From the NCBI RefSeq assembly GCF_001194135.2, contig NC_068990.1, forward strand, positions 73,275,009-73,318,855: 43,847 bases of DNA. Direction: 5' to 3'. Both the position numbers and the translations under genes were made by a program. Every line of letters starts with the position of its first letter. The first letter of the stretch is position 1. Below, in pieces: positions 35,163 through 43,847 of the stretch. The notes beneath the pieces were generated by a model that had not been told where the DNA came from, did not search any database, and was given only the letters and a program-made list of their open reading frames with translations. The DNA is from Octopus bimaculoides (Eukaryota).

Positions 35163-35404
35163 CACATACATAACTAGCATCAAACATGCATGCTATATCA
35201 CAATACAGTTATCCTGTGTTAACAAGGTGATATACATGATATAGATCTATAGAGAAAAATATCACCATGATGAAGAAGATTTAAAAAATGTCCTACACAT
35301 ACACATGATTCTCTTTCTCTCTCTGTATACTCATACATAAATATATATATAAAATATATAATACAATATATATATATATATATATATATGTAAAATATTC
35401 AATA

Positions 35405-35476
35405 TAACACACCTATATATGTATATATATATGTATATATAATACATAATATATATAATATCTAATACAATATAAT

Positions 35477-35511
<35 letters not shown>

Positions 35512-35702
35512 CACACATATATATATATATATATATACACACACACTAAACCACACACTTATTTAACACACCTATATATGTATATATATGTATATATAAT
35601 ATATATTATAACATATATAATATATGATACAATATAATATATATATAAAAACACACACACACATATATATATATACATATTATATACACACTAAACCACA
35701 CT
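35405..35702. repeat. Tandem duplication of a compound (TA)/(CA) block (period ~150-160 bp)
   Basis: The anchors acacctatatatgtatatatat and cacactaaaccacac each occur twice in the same order. Confidence 0.8.
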
Positions 35703-36076
35703 TTTGCTCATATATACACAACTATACTAATGTGTAAATCTAAGCACTTGTATATATACACATGTGTGTCTGTGTGTGTGCACACATATGATTGTGTGAT
35801 TGTGTGTATGTATGCATGCATGTATGTATGTATGTATGTATGTATGTATGTATGAGTATTTACCCTCTCCTTAACTTACAATTTAAAAAAATATTGGTTT
35901 ATTTTCTGCAAGATAAAGGTTTATCATTTCATAAATGACTATAATTGACTGAATCAAACCAGAATATTACTGGTAAAAGATGGTTCCATGTAGATGAATG
36001 GTAAACCAGCACTTGAACACAAGAAAATAGGGTTGAAAACTAAATGCTGGTTTTCTTTTTATTAGCAATTGAGATT

Positions 36077-36290
36077 GAGGTAGTGAGCTAGCAGAATCAT
36101 AAACATGCTGGGCAAAATGCTTAGTGACGTTTCATCTATCTTTATGTTCTGAGTTCAAATTCCACCAAGGTTGACCTTGCCTTTCATCCTTTTGGAGTCA
36201 ATAAAATAAGTATCAATTGAGCACTAGGGTCGATGTAATCGACTTAACCCCTTCTCACAAATTTGCCAGCATTGTGCCAAAATTTTAAAC
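36077..36290 (+). mobile_element. SINE-B, full length
   Basis: gaggtagtgagctagcagaatc..ctgagttcaaattcc..ccttgcctttcatcctt..aaataagtatc. Confidence 0.9.
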
Positions 36291-36612
36291 TAGTTAGGAA
36301 TGGAGGTATTACAATGCAAAGAACTGGAGTCTTATAATGTTCATACTTTCCTCAAAAGCATTAGTGATATCATGATTGCAGCACAGAAGACTTAAGTTAG
36401 CCATTCTAAAATACACAAAGGCCATCAACTTCATTTAGACATTTATTTGTATTATCATGTCAATATTTTTCATTGCTTGAAACTGTAACTTATTCGCTGA
36501 AAAAAAAAAAAAAAAAAAAAAAAAAAGGCTACTGCATCTCATAAGTAATATATGTGAAGTGAATTGATTTAATTTTTAGATTGAAATCGTTGGTCTCATT
36601 TTATTGTTATTT

Positions 36613-37002
36613 TTGGTGGAGGGAAGTTGTGGAAGAGGGAAACCCAGGAAGACATGGGATGAAGTACTGAAGGCTGATCTCAAAATGCTGAACTTTATAA
36701 AGGAGATGACAGAAGACCAAGATATGTGGCGCATTGCTGCACTCGAGAAGACCTGCCCACCACAACAGAATCGAGACCCTAAAACCAAGATGCCATATAA
36801 AAAAGCATTGGTGTGGGTGCTGGTATCATGTAAAAAACATCCAGTACATTCTATAAAGTGGTTGGTGATAGGAAGGGGATCCAACTGTAGAAACCAAGCG
36901 AAAATAGACTATGGAAACTAGTGCAGCCTGTGGTCAGTTCCTGTCAAGCTGACCAGCCCATGCCAGCATGGAAAATGGACGTTGAATATTGATGATGATG
37001 AT
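36613..37002 (+). mobile_element. RTE-type LINE 3' end (ORF2 C-terminus plus 3' UTR, (GAT)n tail)
   Basis: VEGSCGRGKPRKTWDEVLKADLKMLNFIKEMTEDQDMWRIAALEKT matches the GRP..W..D..D...WR C-terminus of RTE ORF2. Confidence 0.9.
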
Positions 37003-37324
37003 ATAACTTATCTTGACTTTTTTCCCAAATGTAGTGTACCTAAGGCCATATAAATAAATTGTCCTTGTTTTCAAAAACATTACATTATGATTTGGAGGAG
37101 ATTTAGCTGCTATTTTTGGCAGGTTATATGACAAAATACAGACGCCCTGCTTGATTCATATGAAGCTTTTTTAATTTATATGGGGGGAGAGTCCTAAGGG
37201 CATTATTCTAAGGTGCTTGTCAACTTCTTCATCTAAATATTGCAAAGCGTAGATACTACAAAGAATTCACTGTGTATATGAACAGTGGATGACGACGACG
37301 ACAATAATGACGATGACGATGACA

Positions 37325-37384
<60 letters not shown>

Positions 37385-37554
37385 GTGATGGTAGTGATAC
37401 TGGTGGTTGTGATGGTCATGAAAGTGACTAATTTATGATGGTGATGATCATGATGATGGCGATGTTGACAAGAACTGGGAAGTAGATGTATGCAACGATG
37501 ATGATGATGATAATAGAGTTGATTCTAAAAAAGGATGAAGGGGACGATAAGAAT

Positions 37555-37752
37555 CTTAGTGCAGCAGACAAAATGCTTAGTAGAATTTCATCTGGCTGTT
37601 TACATTCTGAGCTCAAATCTTGCTGAGGTCAATGTTTGCCTTTCATCCTTACACAATTGATAACATAAAGTACCAGCCAAGTACTGTGAATTGATCTAAT
37701 CGACCTGACCCCTCCACTCAAAATTGCTGGCCTTGAGCCAAAATTTGAAGCC
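37555..37752 (+). mobile_element. SINE-B, decayed
   Basis: aaaatgcttag..ctgagctcaaatc..gcctttcatcc..aagtaccag..ggccttgagccaaaatttgaa. Confidence 0.82.
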
Positions 37753-38007
37753 ATTGTACTTTGCTTAGCAGGTGTGACTTTCTCTCAGACTGTTTTGATA
37801 TTAAAGCAAATACCTGCATGATAAAAAAACCTTTCTTCTATACCAACACCAGAACTGCTTCATAGTCACTCTATGTGCAAGAATTAGAAGCCAGATCTCC
37901 TTGTAGTCAAATTCCAACTTTCTTAAAAGAAAAAGAAAAAAAGAAGACCACAATAGATAATAATAGCCACTGGTAGGAAAAAAAGTAAAAACAAAACAAA
38001 ACAAAGA

Positions 38008-38392
38008 ATGGTTGTATGGTAAGAAGCTTGCTTCCTAACCTGCATGGCACCTTGGGCAAGTGACTTCTGCTATAGCCTCGGGCCTACCAAAGCCTTGTGA
38101 GTAGAATTGGTTGACAGAAACTGAAAGAAGCCCATCGTGTATTTATATGTATATACTTATGAGTATGTGTCTTTGTGTCTGTGTTTATCCCTCATCACTA
38201 CTTGACAACTGGTGTTGCTGTGCTTACATCGCCATAACTTAGTGGTTCAGCAGAAGAAACTGATAGAATTAATAATATGCTTACAAAGAATCCGTCATAG
38301 GGTCAATTTCTTCAACAAAAATAAAAACTCTTTAAAGCAGTGCTGCAGCATGGCCAGTCAAATGACTGAAATAAGTGAAAGAGTAAAAGAAT
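38008..38392 (+). mobile_element. SINE-A with the B-box region deleted
   Basis: Head jumps from cttcctaacc to tgcatggcaccttggg. Body and tail are as in 14478-14888. Confidence 0.88.
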
Positions 38393-38905
38393 AAAACAAC
38401 TCAGGATAGTTGAAACTTTTTTGATCAAAGCTCATCTCAATCAGAGATGACCTAGGGTTAAACAACACAAATACAGAATTATAAAACGATGCTGTTGCAA
38501 GTCGATACAAACCTGAGTATTAATAAGAGTGATAAATCATTTATAAATGTAGAAATATAAATCTTTTTGTAATATTTGACAATTATTAATTAATTAGTCA
38601 CTGAAAGAATGATTAATTAAGCTAGGTTGATGATAATACATCAATTGCTAACTGGTTTATTATAATGGCATACATATGAAAACAAGCTGATACATGTCTT
38701 GAGAATGTATATATTGGAAAATGAGCATAGATTTCTATCTAATTACAATGTGTGCACATGCATGTGTGCGCATGCATGTGTGTGTGGGTCACTTGATACA
38801 TGTATATAAATGTTTATGTGACTGCATGAATATACATGCTTATACAAATACATAGACATGTGTGTAATATAAATATATATAAATCAGTATTGAAAGCTAT
38901 GTATA

Positions 38906-40186
38906 TTGGGTTGGCAAGAAAGTAATTTCGGTTTTTTAGTGTGAAATAAAAGTAAAATATTGTCATAGAAAGAATGAATTTCAATCAATTATATATTTTC
39001 CGTTTTATTTGATGACCTTTTGTCATCCTTCTGGCAACTTCATGATCCTGTGCTTATAGAACTTCTGGTCCTTATCAGCCAAAAACTGAAAGAAGTGTGA
39101 CTTCAGGTCATCCTCATTATTGAAAGTTTTACCATTCAAAGAATTTTGCAAACTTCGAAATAAATGGTAATCTGATGGCGCAAGGTCAGGGCTATATGGT
39201 GGATGTGACATCTCTTCCCAACCAAACTCCAATAATTTTTCACAAGTTAGCAAAGACGTGTGAGGTCCAGTGTTGTCATAGGGGAACATGATTTCTTTAC
39301 GATTTGCCAATTCTGGCCGTTTTTCTTCGATTGCTTCCTCCAGTTTCATTAGTTGTTGACAGTTAACGTCTGAATTGACCATTTGGTTCCTTGGAAACAG
39401 CTCAAAATACACAACACTTTTGTAATCCCACCAAATTGACAGCATGACCTTCTTTGATGCAATTCAGCTTTCAATGTGGTTTGTGCTGGTTCATTATGAT
39501 TGGTAGGTTTACAATTGATCTTATTGTAGACAATCCATCTTTTATCACCAGTGATGATTTGTTAAGAAAAAAAGGTTGATTTCATTGCATTTGAAATGCA
39601 TATTGCAAATATTGATTCATTGTGTTAAGTGAAACTCTTTCAATTTATGTGGAATCCAAATATCAAGCTTCTTAACGAGTCCGAGATATTTTAATGTGAT
39701 TCTCAATTGTTGTGTGTGATACATTTAGCCTCTCAGAAGTCTCTCACTCTGTTATATGACAATCAGATTCAATTATAGCTTTGATTCAGTCACCAACAAC
39801 TTCAGTAGGTCAACCTGAACATTGGTCATCTTTGAGTGAAAAATCTCCAGAATGGAATTTTTAAAACCGTTTCTAACATGAGCATTCAATTAATCAATCA
39901 ACATTATAAACTCCACATATCTCTTTGTGAACCTCAGCAGCTTTCTTGCCTTTACAGAAATATAAAAGCAAAATATGGCGAAAATGTTTGTTTTGCCCTC
40001 CATGTTAAAATTGGCACTGAAATAACAGCTGTAAACAAAATTACATGCAATTTACTTCTAAAGTAAGCCGAAAGTAAAGGCTATCAAATGTTAAAAGGAA
40101 AAATTCATAACCTTGACAAAAGTCATTAAAAAAACTTGTAACACTATTTATTAGCAAAACACGAAATTACTTTCTTGCCAACCCAA
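38906..40186 (-). mobile_element. Full-length mariner transposon (mellifera-subfamily-like), 1281 bp
   Basis: Perfect 25-bp TIR TTGGGTTGGCAAGAAAGTAATTTCG at both ends. TA flanks at 38904-38905 and 40187-40188. Confidence 0.96.
38981..40003 (-). pseudogene. Mariner D,D34D transposase, frameshifted with stops
   Basis: ATG at 40003; FRHILLLYF.KGKKAAE; IITGDKRWIV; LSIWWDYKSVVYFEL; YDNTGPHTSL; HPPYSPDLAPSDYHLFRSLQNSLNGKTF. Confidence 0.93.
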
Positions 40187-40919
40187 TAGAATGAATGTGT
40201 AATGATTTTACTGATAGCATGTGTGAAATATATGAAGTGCTGAAAATGGTACGCAAGGATATTGAGCTTGCTCTGGGGATTAGGTTCATCTAAAAACACA
40301 CCACCTACACTACAAATACATACACAGACACACAGACATACACACACACACATACACTGACACATGCACATTCACTGATACACACACAAACGTATATATA
40401 ATTATTTACATACATACAAAGACATAAATCTCTATATATATATAAGTATCCATATGTGTGTATCTGTGTCAGGAGAATGGAGATTTTCCACATCTATAAT
40501 TTTATTATACATTTATTTACAGCATTCTTCCATGGACTTATGTGCGTTTCGGCTGCATCTATCAATGAACATATAGAGAGAGACAGAGATGATCGAATGC
40601 CCCGCATCCTTTTCCAAGTAAGTATATANNNNNNNNNNATGTAGTTTTGAGTTCAGTCATACTGCCCCATGGGCATATGTCTTCTAATATAGCCTTGGAA
40701 AAGATACCAGTCTATACGAGGTAACTTTCTCAGAAAATTTGTTATCTATTTCTGTTATCTAAATGAAGCATGCAAACTTAATTGCATTGCCCAAATGCTC
40801 AATGGATATCTGCTGTAGATTTGAACGAGAAACTTTTGTGTGTGCAGAAAATCTTTTAAGATAGTAAGAAAAATCTGTTTTGCAAGGGATAAGTCTAGAG
40901 TTTTTGTAATACATTTCAG

Positions 40920-40927
40920 AACATTTG
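40920..40927 (+). CDS. Candidate 8-nt micro-exon (AACATTTG)
   Basis: tttttgtaatacatttcag| and |gtgagc. Confidence 0.2.
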
Positions 40928-41414
40928 GTGAGCAAGTATTTCAAATGTAGTAAGCATTGTTGTCTATGGAACTGAAAGCTGGAATTTGAATAGGAACTTC
41001 AAGGTTGCTGTGATGATGTTACATGTACTAGGCTTCTAATGAGGGCTCAAAACAACTCACATCAACAAAACAAGATCAAACAAGAGATTTATGGACATAT
41101 CCCACCCATTTCCTCTATTGGTGCTCAATGCAAGTTAGCATTTGCTGACCACTGCTATCATGCTGAACAAAATCCCATATCAGGTATTATATTTCTTTTT
41201 TAGAGGCTGCCACACACTAATAGAGGATGAAGACCATTTGACTACATTGATATTATTGGTGGAGACACACAACAAGAAATTGAGAATCTATCAAAGCTAA
41301 TTGGCAGAAAGAATGGGGGACAGTGGGGTCAGGCATAGATACCTGGTGCAGTATCATAAAATGCATCAAGATTGCAGCAATTTGAAAAAAGAAAACAAAT
41401 TGTTTGTTGATAGG

Positions 41415-41587
41415 CAGGGGCATAACTAGGGTAAATGATGCCCAGAGCTAGTATCAGAATTGTTCCCCTACCAACAATATTTTTTTTTAATGGCTTAATT
41501 CGAAAATGATCTTAACTAAAATTGTACCCCCCTCAAAGTGGCACCCAGGGCATGTGCCCTGCTTGCCCCACCCTAGCTACACTTCTG
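41415..41587. mobile_element. Short decayed hAT-like MITE
   Basis: Ends cagggg.cataactagg / cctagctacacttctg. Flanks ttgatagg and ttgatgag (6/8) resemble an 8-bp TSD. Confidence 0.55.
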
Positions 41588-42086
41588 TTGATGAGTTTAG
41601 AATGAGGATAGGAATGAGCATCTACCCTGTAATATTGTCAGTGTTCTAAAAATATATTACAAGTTAAATATTAATACAAATTTTTCCATTCCTGCTGTGT
41701 GTTCACTTATTTTGGCAGACTGTATATAATGATGAAATCTTCAATGGTGACCTTGCATCCTAAATGATATTGAATGAGCCAACTTCAGAGTATCTATGTG
41801 GTCCTCTGAATACTAGAAATGGCTGCCAAATTTCTTTCAAAGCACTTTGGATAATGAAACTCTGGTTATGTTATCTAAAAATAATGAAGGATGGATGGCT
41901 GAAGTGGGGGTCATATCTGGAGCACTTTGATTGTAGGTTATAAAACATCAATCTCACTTGTCTTGAAGGATGTCAAAAGGCATGGACATAGCTATATTAC
42001 ACTTACCTCCTACTTGAACCATTTAAAATAAAAAGAAAAGATGAGTTTGATCAGAACTGACCAAGCTATATAACATCAACAACAAC

Positions 42087-42477
42087 AGGCATATGAGTGG
42101 CTGTGTGGTAAGTAGCTTGCTTACTAACCACATTGTTCCAGGTTCAGTCTCACTGCGTAGCACCTTGGGCAAGTGTCTTCTACTATAGCCTCGGGCCAAC
42201 CAAAGCCTTGTGAGTGGATTTGGTAGACGGAAACTGAAAAAAGCCCATCGTATATATGTATATATATATATGTGTGTGTCTGTGTTTGTCCCCCCAACAT
42301 CGCCTGACAACTGATGCTGGTGTGTTTATGTCCCTGCAACTTAGTGGTTCGGCAAAAGAGACCGATAGAATAAGTACTAGGCTTACAAAGAATAAGTCCT
42401 GGGGTCGATTTGCTCAACTAAAGGCGGTGCTCCAGCACGGCCACAGTCAAATGACTGAAACAAGTAAAAGAGTAAGA
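42087..42477 (+). mobile_element. SINE-A, full length, relatively young (many CpGs retained)
   Basis: Complete head, body and tail. Inserted at the (AAC)n tail of a SINE-E-like repeat. Confidence 0.93.
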
Positions 42478-42488
42478 ACTTAAGAGAA

Positions 42489-42718
42489 TTTACCTTTCAG
42501 CATTCAGATTATTCTGTTGAATGTAATGTTTATTTATTCACATTGCATTGAATTAACCACGTATTATCTCATAGCTTTGAGGTTTCAATGATGCAATTGT
42601 TTATTTTTAGAATGACATTGTAGAGTCGGTGTGAGAAGCTGAATCTGGCCAGTTTTAACATAAAAGAGCTAGAATATTTGGGTTGGATATGAATGGATTA
42701 AATACTAAATGGTTAGTC
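42489..42718. mobile_element. piggyBac-like MITE, decayed
   Basis: ccttt.agcattcagat..ttagaatgacattgtag..atctggccagttt..tagaatatttggg..aaatactaaatggtta. Homologous to 24156-24420. Confidence 0.75.
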
Positions 42719-43435
42719 AGCTATCCAGTTTAACACCATCACCTCATTCCTTATCAGTCTTTAGTGAATTTCACTCTGTTCCAAGCTTCATTCAGACTGT
42801 TTCCTACCAGATTTGGACCCATAACTCCCACCTCTGCCTCCACCTCCAGCAGCATGGGTCTTCTCTTCCTGAGTGAACAGTAAAAACACGCAATGATAAA
42901 AAACAAAAACAAAGCATTTGCTATGGGATGCTCAAATAGTTAAAAAACAAAACAAACAACAACAACAACAAAAAAAACTAAATAAAAGCATATACAAAAA
43001 CTAGCAAAAGCAATTGCTGATATTCAGACGTCAAAATGCGCAGCTTCTTGCTGTCGAAATACAAATGTTCATCAAATCATCCAAAACTAAAGAAAAAAGG
43101 TATATATAAAAATATTAAAAAAGAACTAAAAATAAAAATAGAAAAAAGAAAAAAATATATAAAACCTGCACTGACATATTTGCAGCTTTGCTTTGGTTAT
43201 AATTTTTTTTTGTGTTAGTGATGCATATAGCTGCATATCACCTATGGACATGCACACTCTGTTGGATATTGGTAAAACAGATAAAGATAGAAAAATCGAA
43301 AAGGAGAAAACAAAAAAAATTAGCTGACATAATACATTTCCGGAATATGTGAGAGTTCCTGTGATGATTTCAAGTAGGGATGCTGAATAACAGCTTTTAT
43401 TAGCTAAACATCTTTATTGGGAAGTTGGTGGCTCC

Positions 43436-43764
43436 CTCCTTCTCTTCTTTTCTCTCTTTTCCTCTCTCTCTCTCCTCCTTTCTCTCTCTTCCCCTCTCTC
43501 TTCCTTTCTCTCTCTTCCTTTCTCTTTCTTCCTCTCTCCCTTTCTTCCTCTCTCTCTCTCTCTTTCTCTCTGTGCGTTTGTATTCATTGCTTATTTTCTC
43601 TCATACACAAACGCATGTGCACCATACATAAACATACACAGACATGCAGGATACGCGCATATTTATATAAAAACACTTATAGATGCATACGTACGTGCAC
43701 ATACACACATACACATATAAACATGCACACGTACATACACACACAGACATGTATGTATGTATGA

Positions 43765-43847
<83 letters not shown>
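43436..43847. repeat. (CT)-rich tract followed by (CA)/(TA)n
   Basis: Direct inspection. Confidence 0.95.

Noticed and set aside
36604-36921. 105-aa ORF as a host gene
   Set aside because: It is the RTE ORF2 C-terminus read through into the 3' UTR.
41190-41310. RT-like peptide RPFDYIDIIGGDTQQEIENLSKL
   Set aside because: Only vaguely similar to the RTE FADD region, with stops and no supporting motifs in frame.

Overview
AT-rich, microsatellite-saturated animal genomic DNA with many assembly gaps. The repeat families and style fit a cephalopod, most likely Octopus (inference, not a database result). No intact protein-coding gene can be recognised. The window is a stack of decayed mobile elements: a near full-length Penelope-like element (RT plus C-terminal GIY-YIG, Neptune-like) at about 0.6-3.4 kb; three R4/Dong-type non-LTR fragments, each next to a trinucleotide array; a 3' CR1-type LINE fragment; six 3' ends of one RTE-type LINE; a full-length 1281-bp mellifera-type mariner with perfect 25-bp TIRs and a TA duplication; hAT and piggyBac-like MITEs; and many copies of four SINE-like families (my own labels A, B, D, E). 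A few short unique segments carry good splice signals and may be host exons. These include a frame-compatible chain of plus-strand micro-exons and a minus-strand terminal exon. None could be assigned to a protein with confidence, and the two hypotheses overlap antisense, so at least one may be wrong. Nearly all long ORFs in the supplied track are microsatellite or N-gap artefacts. I found no demonstrably new biological system. The best leads are TE-biology observations and the candidate micro-exon gene. Repeat boundaries are approximate unless a TSD or TIR is quoted.
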